DNA of 64,000 nucleotides from Octopus vulgaris. Its lineage: Eukaryota. The position numbers and the translations under genes are program-made. The stretch is taken from positions 29,388,001-29,452,000 of the forward strand of contig OX597825.1 of assembly GCA_951406725.2 (NCBI GenBank), given 5' to 3'. The notes beneath the pieces were generated by a model. That model worked only from the letters and a program-made list of their open reading frames with translations. It had not been told where the DNA came from and made no database searches. Positions 34,527 through 48,547 of this stretch are shown here, one piece after another (within the stretch, counting starts at the first letter, position 1; every line of letters begins with the position of its first letter).

Positions 34527-35089
34527 TTTCACTGTCAATTTATTATCATTATATCTGTTTCTATTATCATCGGCTCTGTAATTTCTTACATTCCTTTCAT
34601 TAACATAAACTATTTCCCACATCAATTTCATGTCCAGTATTATTTGTTGGTTTTCTTCCCTTCCTTGTTCATCTTATACTGTATTCTCTCTACCTCCTCC
34701 CTGTCTTCCTCCCTCCCCCTTTCTTTCTCTGTAGCAGCCTTTAACTTTCTTCTCTTTCCATGCACTTTTATCTTCCAATCTTCCACCTTCAATTTTTTTC
34801 TTTCTTCCCGCCTGCCCAACCCTTCCCCATATTTCCTATCTCTTTTATCAAAATCTCTGTCCAGTCCAGTCCTTTTGCTGCTGCTGCTGCTGTTTTTTTC
34901 TCTTTTCTTTTGTTTCTTTTTTCTTCTTCTCTGTAATAATTATGTAATATCTTTTGCCCTGCACTGCTTTTTTTTTTTGTTTTTCTCTCAGATTATTTAA
35001 TAACTGCCTTTTTATTGCCCTCAATTTTCCCAATGTCTTCCTGTTGAATTAGAATTACAAATGAAACCAATCAGTTTTAAAACAGACAA

Positions 35090-35249
35090 CTCCTCTCTTT
35101 CTCCCTCTCCCTCTCTCTTCCTCTTTCCCTCCCTCTCTCTCATTATCTTCTCTTATATCTCTGTTCATTCTGCCTTCTCTGACTCTCTTGTCTTTATTTT
35201 TTTGTTTCTTTCTCTCTATACATAAACCTACATACATGCATACGTTTAT

Positions 35250-35283
<34 letters not shown>

Positions 35284-35299
35284 GTATATATATATGTAA

Positions 35300-35351
<52 letters not shown>

Positions 35352-35378
35352 GTATATATAAATATATATATACATATG

Positions 35379-35423
<45 letters not shown>

Positions 35424-35483
35424 GTATATATTTATATATGTATCTCTTATGATAATATATATATAAATATATATTTATTTACT

Positions 35484-35517
<34 letters not shown>

Positions 35518-35700
35518 TGGCTATGCATACATACAGACGTACATACACACATACAGACATACATGCATACATACAGACATACATAGAAGTATGTACGTAT
35601 TTATTCATCTGTCCATCTCTCTCTCTTTCTCTCTCTCTCGCTCTTTCTCTTCCTCTCTCTCTCTCTCTCCGTCTTTCTCTTCATTCCTCTCTCTTTCTCT
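35090..35700. repeat. (TC)n/(CA)n/(TA)n/(CATA)n compound microsatellite
   Basis: Directly visible. Confidence 0.9.
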
Positions 35701-35889
35701 TTCATTTACTCATGTTTTATTCATTGAATTTACAACATAAAATGGGTTAATTAAGCAGTTGTTGATTCAAACTTGGAACACTTTATTTAATCGTTGCATT
35801 GAGAGTAAACTGTTTTGATGGAGGAGGGCAGGGCAGGGCAGGATTGGTAGACTACTCGAGATTGTCTACTTCTTCATTATCATTGTTCT

Positions 35890-36070
<181 letters not shown>

Positions 36071-36200
36071 ATTTGTGAGTGCTAACATGATATTTTAATG
36101 CACTTTTTGGCAATTTCAGTTCGGCTTCATTTGATTTTGTATTTGTTTGTTTGTGTGTGTCTGTGTGCACCTGCATGTGTGTGTGTGCTTGTGTGTGTAC

Positions 36201-36238
<38 letters not shown>

Positions 36239-37206
36239 ATTTGTGCGTATATGATTCTTGTATTTTCAGTGTTAAATAATCAAATGGTACTCTCTTTTTA
36301 ATGGACTGCATTTTATATTTAAATTTTGGATTCAACAAAGTAGCCCCCCCCCACCTTCTCATACATATTGAACCACCATTCTTCTATTCTGCTGTCTGCT
36401 TATCTTATTTATAACTCTCATATCCTTGCAATATACGAAAATCACACATAAAGCATTTTTTTTTGGCTTCTTAGTTATTGTCTTTCGCGAAATTGTCTCT
36501 AGTTTCACTTTCATTTGTTTATTTTCAGCTACCTGTCAATGAGTGAATAATTTTTTTGATCTCTGGGAAAGGATATTGAACTTATTTAGAAGACACACTA
36601 TTTTGATATTGGAATCACTTTTTGCTATAGGCACAGTCATTAGCCTGTGTGATGAAGATGTTTGTAAACAAGTGGTTTCAGGTTCAGTCCCACTGCACAG
36701 AACCACTTTGGCCAAGGGTCTTTTATCTGGGGTGTTGACTAATAATGCCTTCTGAGTGGATTTGTTAGATGGAGATTGCTGTGTGAATCTGAGAGGGGAA
36801 TATGTTGGATGAAATCATAATTAACTGATCCTCAAGTATTTCTTTTATCGAAAGCCATGAACTTTTCAGGACCCTCTTGTATATATATGTGTGTGTGTGT
36901 GTGAAGATATGTGGCCTGGTGGTTAAGGTGTTGAGCTCCTATTCATAATGTTGTGGGTTCAGTCCCCAGATTGGGTAGCATGTTGTATCCTTGAACATGA
37001 CACTTCGTTTCACAAATTGCTCCAGACTATTCATTTGGAAGCAAGTACCTGCTAACTGATGTGGCCCTTCCCCCCACTTCTGTCCCTTCAACTACTACAT
37101 TCTAGGAGTCCTACAGTATCGAGGGCTGGGAGGGGAGAGAGCGAGAGAGAGAGGTTTTATGTTTGGGTGCACAAGCACCTAAAAACAATACGTGAAAACA
37201 TGGTAT

Positions 37207-37461
37207 GCGGTGGCACGTAAAAAACACCATCCGAGCATGGCCGTTCACCAGCCTCGTCTGGCAACTGTGTCAGTGGCACATAAAAAGCACCCACTACACT
37301 CACGGAGTGGTTGGTGTTAGGAAGGGCATCCAGCTGTAGAAACTCTGCCAGATCTGACTGGTCTGGTGCAGCCTTCGGGCTTCCCAGACCCCAGTTGAAC
37401 CGTCCAACCCATGCTAGCATGGAAAGCGGACATTAAACGATGATGATGATGATGATGATGA
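37207..37461 (+). mobile_element. Family C SINE/LINE 3' portion with (GAT)n tail
   Basis: ggtggcacgtaaaaa...ggagtggttggtgttaggaagggcatccagctgtagaaac...ccatgctagcatggaaagcggacattaaacgatgatg. Confidence 0.8.
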
Positions 37462-37954
37462 TATATATATCTTACTCATTTACTTGTTTCAGTCATTTGA
37501 CCTCAGCAGAATTTGAACTCAGAATGCAGTGGCAGACGAAATACCACAAAGCATTTTGCCCAGTGTGCTAACGTTTCTGCCAGCTTGCCACCTTCTTGAC
37601 TTAAGACATTTTCTCAGTTCTGGCACCTCTTGACTCAAGAATGCAATCATTGAAGAGAGAGCTGCACCAGCACTCAACAGCAACTCATTTTCACCTGAGT
37701 AGACTGGAGCCATATGAAATGAAATGCCTTGCTCAAGGACACTAAGTGCTGCCTAATGCTGCCTAGTGCTGAAAATGAACCCACAACCTTATGGTGAAGA
37801 CTCCAGCATCCTTACCACCACATCGCGTGCCTTCATTGATCCATAATATTTGCATGTATATCACTAGTTATACCTGACTCAGCTATCTATGCCAGTGCTA
37901 ATAGGAGTTGGACTTAGAATCTAAAAGATCAAAATCAAATGTATTTGATAATAA

Positions 37955-38332
37955 TTTGGCAGACTCGTTAGAACTTCAAAGAAAATGCCCTGTGGTATTT
38001 AGTTTCAACTCTTTATATTCAGAGTTCAAATCCTGCTGAGGCCAACTTTGCCTTACATCAGGGTAGGAGAGTGTGCAACCTCTGGTATCGCGATGTAATC
38101 TCCAGGGATACAGGCATCCAGCAACAGGACAGCTGTAATGCTATGATGGACCGTGAAGTCTGGCATAACATAGTAAGTTCCATTGTCTCGACCACCGTCA
38201 AACAATGAATGAAATGAATTGCCTTTCATCCTTCAAATGTCAATAAAAATATCAGTCAATTACTAGGATCAATTTAATTGACCCACCTTCGCCCCTCAAA
38301 AGTGCTGGTCTTGCACTTAAATTAGAAACAAT
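37955..38332 (+). mobile_element. SINE family A interrupted by a LINE 3' fragment
   Basis: Head ttggcagactcgttag...gagttcaaatcc; resumes at ttgcctttcatcc (38219). Confidence 0.7.
38060..38218 (+). mobile_element. RTE-like LINE extreme 3' end with (TGAA)-type tail and ~12-bp TSD
   Basis: YRDVISRDTGIQQQD..NAMMDREVWHNIV; TSD ttgccttacatc (38048-38059) / ttgcctttcatc (38219-38230). Confidence 0.7.
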
Positions 38333-40386
38333 TATTATCACTTGGACAATGGTCAAGCAGAGTCATTGCAGCACTGGTGGAAAAAAGCCTTGCTGCATTT
38401 GTTCTGATTCTTTATGTTCTGGGTTCAAATTCTGCTGAGATCAACAAAATCTGTTATATCCGTTTGTAGGAATTGGAGATTGATGAAATAATATGCCAGT
38501 CAAGGAATGGAAATTAATATAATTGACTGTATATTCCTCCACCTTCTCTAAATTTCAGGCCTTATGTTGATGTAAGAAATCAATAATTTTGTCTAGTTCT
38601 ATGGTATTTTTTACCGCCATACTACCATTCATAATTTTCAATTTATATATTGTCTTAACTTTTATTGTTTTCTCATTTCAACTTATAATTTTATTGAAAT
38701 TTTGCTAGAATTGTATTCAAGAACAAACTGAAATCAACTTGAAATGGAATGATGACAGAAATGAAATTAAATAAAATGATATAAAGTAAATTAAAAATAA
38801 AATCAAACAAATCATGAAACATGACTTCTAAATTTCCTTTTCTTATATTTCAGGTATGTATAATTCGTTTCATCTTGGTTCCTCAGTACGGTAATGTTAA
38901 CTCTTCAATAATATTCTTTCATTTCTCAGACTGTTTAATTAAATTTCAAAATTTATACTATGAACCACAGAATAATTAATTTTAATTCAATTTATTTTTT
39001 GGAAATTCATTCATTTATTTATTTGGCTTTTACTTTCTGTGATTCTTGATAATTTATTATTTCGGATTCATTTATTACATTTTGACTATTAGTATAGTCC
39101 AATATTTTTTTTTATTAAATACTACACTTAATTAGTGTAGTTGGTTTAATAAAGTACTTGCTTTTTAGCTTTATTACATGAAATTAATCCAAATTGATTG
39201 CATTTTAACATTTTATTTAGTATTTTAAAGCTCTTTTTTTTACATCATCTAATTTAGTAAATTTAAACTGCAGGTATTAATTTAGAAACTTTAGTCTGAG
39301 TCAGATATATATTTTTTTTTTATAATTCAATTGATAAAATTTTATAAAAATGATGTATAAATTTAATAAGTTCACAAATTATCTCAAATTCGTACGTTTC
39401 TTTCATTTTTAAATCATCTGAACTTAAATCTTGAAATGAAGAATACATCATTGTACAGAAATAACAGAAAAAAAATTACTTTATTAATTATTTCTTGCAT
39501 AAAATACTACACAGAATCCTTTTAATGAAATATTTTCAAGATTCTTTTTCCTTTTTTCTTTTTTTTTTTATGTAAATTCATTTATTTAAAATTTTGTTTT
39601 TTCTTGTTCACTTTTGTATGTCAAATTTAGCGAATAGATTTTGTGAATTTGTATTTACATGTTTTTGGTGTAAAAAGATCTTATTTTTACACCTGGTAAC
39701 AATTTCTATGCTTACCCATTCAACCGTGAAGTAAAAGAGCTAAGGGAACCTTTACATGCTTATATGCCCAGCTAGAAAGAGCAGCTAAATCTTCCTCAAA
39801 TCATACTCTATCAACTTTTAAAAAGGAGATTAAAAGATTCTAAGATAACATATTAAATATACAACATCTGAAAATAAGATTGGAGGATTATGGCTAGAAT
39901 GTCTTTGATCATATGTTTGCTCTGTCAGAGCTAACCTGGGGTTAAACAATACAACAATGGCAAAAACAACAACAACAAACATGAATTAAAATGTAAAGGC
40001 AGTGAGCTCAATATCTGATAGAGTCACAAAGGTGCCGTTTGATATATAGCATGTCTTGCCAAGTTTTAGACCCGGCAGAATCCATTCCTCTGGCTAGTTT
40101 CTTCCAGGAAGACAGATTGAAAGAAAGATAGAGGAAGAGAAGAATTTACCCCAGTATAAGTCTGGTACTTTATTTACTAACTCTATCGTCCCTACCCAAA
40201 AAATGAAAGGTGAAGTTATTTTTAGCAGTATTTGAACTCTGGGAATAAAGTTAAAATGAATACTGCAAAGTAATCTATCCAACGCTCTAGTGTGAGAAAG
40301 ATTGCTGTATAAAGATTGTTGTATTCATAATAACACCAGTGATAATAATAATAATGATGATAATAATAATAATAATAATAAAACTA

Positions 40387-40444
<58 letters not shown>

Positions 40445-40447
40445 AAT

Positions 40448-40666
40448 TATTGTATACAGTGCTCAGGTGCACCACAACTTGTCAAAAGTGTGTACAAAGC
40501 ATATGCAGTAATGTACAAATATCTGGAAAGTGAACAGTGTATGAGTCAGATACATGCTTGCGTGTGTATGGAAGGGAGAAAATCTGGTGTAGTGTTGGCG
40601 AATCTCAGGAAGCATGAAGTTTTGAAGGATGCAGTGCTCCAACAAATAACAACTGATGTCGGCAGT
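40448..40666 (-). mobile_element. CR1/L2-like LINE 3' end
   Basis: Minus-strand LPTSVVICWSTASFKTS (cf. LP..VV...S...FK); adjoins the (AAT)n tract at 40341-40443. Confidence 0.55.
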
Positions 40667-41569
40667 AACAACCCAGCTGAATTGAATAAAGACTTAATTG
40701 CAGAAGTAAAGCTTCATATTTGAACTTTTCGCCTTCTGCAGAGATTGTTTAACAAATCATGCTCTCAAATATTACTCAACCCAATACAATAGTATAAAAC
40801 ACTTGCCCAAAGCACCTTACACTGGAAATTGAAACTGGAACCTTGTGACTGCAAACTAAATTCTTAACCACAGAGCCATTACTGTGTCTTTTATAAATGA
40901 CACAAATTCTCTTACAACTTGTCTAAAATCTTGTGAGCTTGTATTGTTGAGTTCAAATCACTTTATGAGATTTATCATCAATGTGAGATATCTGAGGGGG
41001 TAAGTTATTGAACTGTTAGCTCACACTAGACAAGGGTTCAAATCTGCCTCACTGCTGAACATTATATTTAATTCATTTTGGCTGTCAAATGTTGTTGTTT
41101 AACATCCATATTACTTTGACTGATCAGACTTATGATTAAAACGGTTTCTACCATGACTACCCAAATCTTTGGGGTGAGTGGAGAAATGTCTACCTGGGAT
41201 TACATTCTATAATGTTTTCTACTATTTCTAAAAACAGTTGGGGAAGATTTCTAGCATGTCAATTTAATTTTGTAGGGAGCCCTTCATTAATTTGAGTTTA
41301 TTTAGATGTTGGGAGTAGGTACGATATATCTTCTGGGAATGATTGACCAGTGTGTTTTTCTTACTATTACTACTACTACCACTACTACTACTGCTGCTGC
41401 TGCTGTTGCTACTACTACTACTACTACTGCTGCTGCTGATGTGGCACTTTATCTAAGTGGGTGTCTGTGCCTAAATAAATGTCAGAAATGTACGGTAGCA
41501 GAAGTTGGATTGCATGTGTGTATATGTTCCTGTATGTTTAACTGTTTCATATGAATGTGAGGTGAATGT

Positions 41570-41679
41570 TTTGTGTGTGTGTGTGTACATGTATATGCAT
41601 ATGTGTATATATGTACGTACAGATGTATGTATATGTATGTGCATAAAAACATACACATGCATATGTGTATATTTATATA

Positions 41680-41738
<59 letters not shown>

Positions 41739-42051
41739 TCATGCACACATACATTTATATGTATATTCATGTGAGCATACGTGTGTATCTGTATGTGTGT
41801 GTGTTTGTGTGTATGATTGCATGCATGTATATGAGACAAACCTTGTATATTGTTGATTTTATTTGTGTTATCTGATATAGGGATACCAAGTAAAAAACAA
41901 CAATAAGACCAATTCGAAAATATTTACCTGATCTGTATTTAAATTGCCTACTCAGAACCATCTGTTATATATGTGTATGTGTGAGTATACATGTTCTCAC
42001 ACATGGTCACAACCACACAAACACACATACCTATATCTAATATAATCTATC

Positions 42052-42091
<40 letters not shown>

Positions 42092-42092
42092 T

Positions 42093-42181
<89 letters not shown>

Positions 42182-42208
42182 TACACACAAACACAAATAC
42201 ACGTACAC

Positions 42209-42251
<43 letters not shown>

Positions 42252-42260
42252 GGCATACAC
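41570..42260. repeat. (TG)/(TA)/(GATA) compound microsatellites
   Basis: Directly visible. Confidence 0.9.
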
Positions 42261-42972
42261 TTACATGATTTCTCATACATTGAACATAGTTTATGTGAAT
42301 GAAGTGTTCTGAAAAAATCTAGAATCCAAGCTAGCCACTTAGTTTATAAGTAAGTGAAAAGAAACAGGCTGAGTTGAGTACAAGCCTGCTTTTCTTGTAT
42401 ATCTAAATTATGTGGCAGCAGAATTGTGTAAGCAAACTTGACAGCTGGCTGGTTGCTAGGAGGTGTCCATTTAAGTGGTGGTCTTTCGTGCCAAACCAAA
42501 GAATTCTAATGAGATGTGAAACATTTAATGGCAAATGCCAATCATATGCTTAAGCATAAACAATGTGTTTCTAAGTGGAAGGTAAAAATATAAAGAATGT
42601 CGATAGTGTGTTTTAAGAATAAGAAGCAGTTTATGTTTTCAGTGAGGTGTTTTATTTGGAAATTGGAGAAATGCGAAATTTAGTGATTATAGCCTGGTAT
42701 ACTATCCAGGAAAAATAAACTCTCATCCCACTGCTATGGGAACAAAATCAGATATAAAATATATATGGATCTTCTGAGTCCCTTAGAAATATTTACATTC
42801 TTAGGTGTTGTTTTACAGTTTAGTCTAAAATGAAATATTAAAAAAATATTGGAGTTAGAAATGAAGCCTTGATATTCTTCCATCTTATATATAAACGCTG
42901 GAATGCCAAAACTCTCAAAGAAAATATTTAACCTGTTTATCCATATGTTGAATTTTGTAGAATTTGAAATTC

Positions 42973-43368
42973 CAGGAGTGGCTGTGTGGTAAGTAGCTTG
43001 CTAAATGACCACATGGTTCTGGGTTCAGTCCCACTGCGTGGCATCTTGGGCAAGTGTCTTCTACAATAGCCTTGGGCCGACCAATGCCTTGTGAGTGGGT
43101 TTGGTAGACGGAAACTGAAAGAAGCCTGTCGTATATATGTATATATATGTATGTGTGTGTTTGTGTGTCTGTGTTTGTCCCTCTATCATTGCTTGACAAC
43201 CGATGCTGGTGTGTTTACATCCCCGTAACTTAGCGGTTCGGCAAAAGAGACCGATAGAATAAGTACTAGGCTTACAAAGAATAAGTCCCGGGGTCGATTT
43301 GCTCGACTAAAGGCGGTACTCCAGCATGGCCGCAGTCAAATGACTGAAACAAGTAAAAGAGTAAGAGT
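42973..43368 (+). mobile_element. SINE family B (young-looking, CpGs retained)
   Basis: caggagtggctgtgtggtaagtagcttgc ... gactgaaacaagtaaaagagtaagag. Confidence 0.92.
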
Positions 43369-43680
43369 AACTTCTGTAAAGAAATTCTAAGTGATATTAC
43401 TTCTGGTTTCAGAAACCTTATTGATGTTAAAGTTTGAATATTCACTTTTGTTGCCACAGTTTATGTGTCTGGCTGAACTGACCACAGATCTACCGTTAAG
43501 AAGTTTACTTTATGACCACAAAGTTTTTGGTTCAATCGTATCATACATTATGTCTTCCACTGTTGCCTCTTGCTGATCAGTATCTTGTGAATAAATTTGG
43601 AAGATGTAAAATATATCCATTGTACATATAATAGTAATAATAAGTATTATTATGAAGAAGCATAGCATTACCTTTAATTT

Positions 43681-43725
<45 letters not shown>

Positions 43726-44111
43726 TACTACTTCAAATAGATCTACACATGTTTCTACTGCATCAGATTGTAACCATTGAAATTGCGATCCTCCTATAAT
43801 ACTGGTATGTATGTGTGTGTCTTTGTGTTTGTCTATCACTGCTGGATGACTGGTGTTGGTTTGGTTATGGCCCCATAACTGAGTGCTTCAACAAAAGAAA
43901 TCAATATATTAAGTACCCAACTCATAAGTTCTGGGGGTTGATCTGATTGACTAAACTCTTCAAGGTGCAAACCCCAGATGACGATGATGATAAAGTTGCT
44001 GCTACTGATGATGATGATGATGATGATGATGACAGCAACGACACTGATAAGTATATTTGAGATCATAGAATTAGGAAAAGATACCAGTTATTTAAAAAAC
44101 AAAAGCAATTT

Positions 44112-45230
44112 TTCTACCTTTGGCACAAGGCCAGCAACTTTGAAGGAAGTGAATAAGTCAATTACATTGACCCCAGTGTCCAACTGGTATTATTTTATCG
44201 ACCCTGAAAGGGTGAAAGGCAAAGTTAACCTCAACAGGATTTGAACTTGTGATGTAAAAAGCCAGAAGAAATACCATTGAGCATTTTGTTTGCATGTGCT
44301 AAAGATTATGTCAGTTCACCACAAACAATATTAATCATCTTTTCTAGTATAGGTGTAGGTGCGTGGCTTAGTGGTTAGGGTGTCAGATCGTAAGATTGTG
44401 GTTTCAATTCCTGGACCGGGCAATGCATTGCGTTCTTCAGCAAAACACTTCGTTTCATGTTGCTCTAGTCTACTCAGCTGACAAAAATGAGTAATGTTGC
44501 GATGGACTGGCGTCCCGTCCAGCTGGGGAACACATACGCATTTGAAACCAGGAAACCAGCCCCATGAGCCTGGCTAGGCTTTAAAAGGGCTCATTTAGTT
44601 ATTTTTTTATTTCTAGTATAGGCACAAAGCCTGAAATTTATGGGGAGCGGGTTGGTCAGTTACTTTAACCCCAAAAGGATGAAAGACAGAGTTGACATTG
44701 GCAGAGTTTGAACTTAGAACATTTAGCTGGAAGAAATTTTGTGAAGCATTTTGTCTGGTGTGCTAATGGTTCTCCCAGTGCACCACCTTCCAAACAGCAT
44801 TAATAACGATTTCACATTTTGGCACAAGGCCAGCAGTTCCAGGAGAGGTGGGAAGTTGATTAAACTCAACTGCTACTTATTTCATCAACCTCAAAAGGAT
44901 GAAAGGCAAAGGTGACCTCAGCTAAATTTCAACTGAATATGTCACTAAACATTTTGCATGTTGGGTAAACAAATCTGCCAACTTGTCCCCACCTTACATA
45001 TAATATCAATAATAATTATTTCAAACTTTTGCCACAAGGGCAGCTTGGGGGACGTGGGGATGAGTTGATTACATTGACTCCAATGTTCAACTGGTACTAT
45101 TTTACAAACCCCAAAAGGATGAAAGCCAAAAGTTGACCTCGGCAGAATTTGAACTCAGAATGTAGCAACGGGTGAAATACTGCTTAGCATTTAATCCAGT
45201 GCACTAAAGATTCTGTCAGCTTGCCACCTT
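44112..45230 (-). mobile_element. Cluster of four co-oriented family-A SINEs
   Basis: ggcacaaggccagc...aaaggatgaaaggcaaag...ccacctt units at ~44115, ~44620, ~44818 and ~45025. Confidence 0.8.
44354..44609 (+). mobile_element. tRNA-derived SINE family D with 13-bp TSD
   Basis: tggcttagtggttagg A box, ggtttcaattcc B box; TSD tttctagtatagg at 44341-44353 and 44610-44622. Confidence 0.88.
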
Positions 45231-47247
45231 ATATATAATATTAATACTAATGATGATAGACATGGTGTCTAGGAATTGAGGATGACCTAATAGTATATAG
45301 TATGCTTTACCTAAATGTTTTGGGTGCTTTTGTAGTCATGGCAAAGACAGACATCTTGACATCCCTCCCAGACAGCTGGAGAAAGAGAGGTTTGCGCCAG
45401 CAGTTAGCTGTTCACTAAGACTCCTTCAACAGGGAGAATGTGAAGTGGAATGTTGTGCTCATGGACACAATGTGTCGCAAGGTTAAAACATTGAACCTAT
45501 GGTCTTATGTTTATAGACTGAACACTGCAGCCACTCAGCCATGAAGCTCCACTGGTGATAGAGATGAAGGATGGATATTTGTATTTGAATTAAACCCAGA
45601 TTAACCAGAGCAGCTGTTGTGAAAAACAGAAATAAACACATATAAAAGAAATTAAATTAAGCTTTCTATTTAATGTTTTCCTGTTCCTATCCTTCTTCTA
45701 TTTGAAGATGTATTTGACAGGCAAATATATACCTTCCTGATGTTGTTTTCATTTTGGGATCAAGGATGTAAACAAACAACGATAGTCCAGTGGTCAGTTC
45801 AGCCAGACATACCAACTGTGGCAACAAAAGTGAATATTCAAACATTAACATCAATAAGATTTCTGAAACCAGTAGTAATATCACTTAGAATTTTTTTACA
45901 GAAGTTATTTCAAATTCCACAAAATTCAACATATGGATAAACAGGTTAAATATTTTCTTTGAGAGTTTCAGCCATATTTCTTTCCTCTTGAATATGGTAT
46001 TAAATATTCCTCTCTATATTACATAGAAAAAACAAACATAATATAAATATATATACAAAAAGAAGAAAAAAAAACATTTTTTCAGATGAAATCTTTCATG
46101 AATTAGGCTTAAATATTTACTTTAGAATATTTATTTTCACAGTAAATATTTGCATCTGTGTGTTAATTGAGTGTGTAATTTTTATTTCATTATTGTACAT
46201 CAACACTGTAAAATATAAGACAATTAGTGCTGATTATAATTAATATGCTTAAAACTTACAATAAAAATAATGAAAAGAATTCTTTTAAAGAAAGGTCATG
46301 GTTTGATTAATATCAAGATTTAAAAAAAAAAGGAAAATACATATTAAGGATCTTAATGTTGATATATGTTTTAGAAACATTAGCACATCAAACAAAATGC
46401 TTAACAGCATTTCTTGCAGCTCTTTACATTCTGAGTTCAAATCCCACAGAGGTCAGCTTTGTCTTTCATCATTACAGGTACAACAAGAGCACTCAAAGAG
46501 CACAAAACTCTGCCAAGACAACACCAACGTCCTCTCAATGATTAGCCAGAGAGGATTTTTAAAATGAGAATATCTGAAATAAACTCGACTGCTCTCACAA
46601 ATGAGGATATTAAAAATGAACCCGACTGCTCTCAAAAATTAAAGAAAGAAACCAGAATCCCTGTCTGGTACCTAATCAATCCCAATGGTAGTCATGGAAT
46701 GTGACGGTGGTTGTACAGGCCATGTTTATAATACTGTGTGTATGTCATCTGCAGTGGGAACAGGGACAGTTTTCTCTACGAAGGTCTTTTTTAGCCTATC
46801 CACTGATATGACGATTAAGGTCTATAGTGAAAAATTTATCCATGCATGAAAGAAAATAAGGTGCTGTTAATGAAGGTTTAACAACATCGATGCACACAAA
46901 AACATGAGTCCAAGAAGTGAAGCTTCCTTCAAAACAGAGCTAGAAATGCAATTGTCAAGTAGGTAAGAGGTTTTAAACAGGAGCAATATATTAAAAATTG
47001 GTAAAACTAAAAATTGTCGAGGATAAATTAAATTTATTATTGTTGCTGAATATGTTAGTGTTTTTTAATTTCAGAATGGTTTTGCTGCCATTTTTTATGT
47101 AGTTTGATTCCTTTATCCACCAGTTTCTACTAAGATAGAGGCATAAGTAAAATTAATAACAGAGCAATGAAAATAAAACTTTGGAGACAGCAGCACCACC
47201 ATAATTTACATGGAAACCTTGAGCATGCTCTCAAGGGAAATAATACC

Positions 47248-47740
47248 TATTTCTTTACTACCCACAAGGGAATAAACACAGAGGGGACAAACAAGGACAG
47301 ACAAATGGATTAAGTCGGTTACATCGGCCCCAGTGCGGAACTGGTACTTAATTTATCGATCCCGAAAGAATGAAAGGCAAAGTTGACCTCGGTGGAAATT
47401 GAACCCAGAACGTAGAGGCAGACGAAATATGGCTACGCATTTCACCTGATGTGCTAACGATTCTGCCAGCTCACCACCTTAATAATGATAATAATAATAA
47501 CAACAACAATAATAATAATAATGATAATCATTTCTATAATAGATAGAAGGCCAGGAAATTTGTGGGAAGTGGGTAGGTTGATTACATTAACCCCAATACA
47601 CAACTGGTAATTATTTTATCAACTCTGAAATGATAAACAGCAAAGTCGACCTCAGCAGAACTTTGAACACAGGACATAAAGACAGATGATATGCAGCTAA
47701 GGATTATGTCAGGTATGCTAATGATTCTGCCAGCTCACCG
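47248..47740 (-). mobile_element. Two co-oriented family-A SINEs separated by (AAT)n
   Basis: 47248-47480 is near-identical to 21759-21985; second copy ~47535-47740. Confidence 0.85.
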
Positions 47741-47745
47741 TGTTC

Positions 47746-47782
<37 letters not shown>

Positions 47783-47802
47783 TAATAATAATAATAATAA
47801 TG

Positions 47803-47854
<52 letters not shown>

Positions 47855-48481
47855 TATGGAATATATTTTGCAGCAAAAGGAAAAAGAAAATAGTAACTGA
47901 ATTAGGAGATTATTCATATTGCTTTGCTAGCAAAGTCTGACACATGAACCACAACATGTTTATATCTTCAGCAAGTAATTTATACCCGAAAGGTAAACTT
48001 AAAGATCATGTGCATATGAGCCAGAACTTTCATATATTTATTTTCAAAGTACCAAATCTGTTATCGAGGAGAACTAAGTCACACAGATTTGAATTTATGA
48101 AAATTCAGAGATTGTTAATAAAACATCTTGCATTGTCAGCAAAACACGCCAGCTTCTTATAGATCTAATGTCTCTGAAGCTATCAAAGAACATTTTACCA
48201 TTCACTACAAGTCTGGCAAATATCCGGTAGACTGTGGAATCACTGGAATAGTTGCTTTTGACCAGACAGGCATAGATTTCTATGAATGGATATTAATATA
48301 AACAACTATCTAAGCTTCGATATTGATCTTCATGATTATTTATTGATTCCTGGGCCATCATATCTTTCTATAACTTGGCATATCTCGCTTTTCCTCCACT
48401 CTTGTTCAATTACTCTTACTCCCTACCTCTGTCTTTCTCTTTCTGTCTCTCTTTCTCTCTTTCCATATGCATGTGTGTTTG

Positions 48482-48547
<66 letters not shown>

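Larger units (their letters stand above)
42909..45968. repeat. ~180-bp inverted duplication: 42909-42971 plus 43368-43485 versus 45790-45968
   Basis: aaactctcaaagaaaatatttaacctgtttatccatatg... and ...ggctgaactgaccac are the reverse complement of 45790-45968. Confidence 0.9.
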
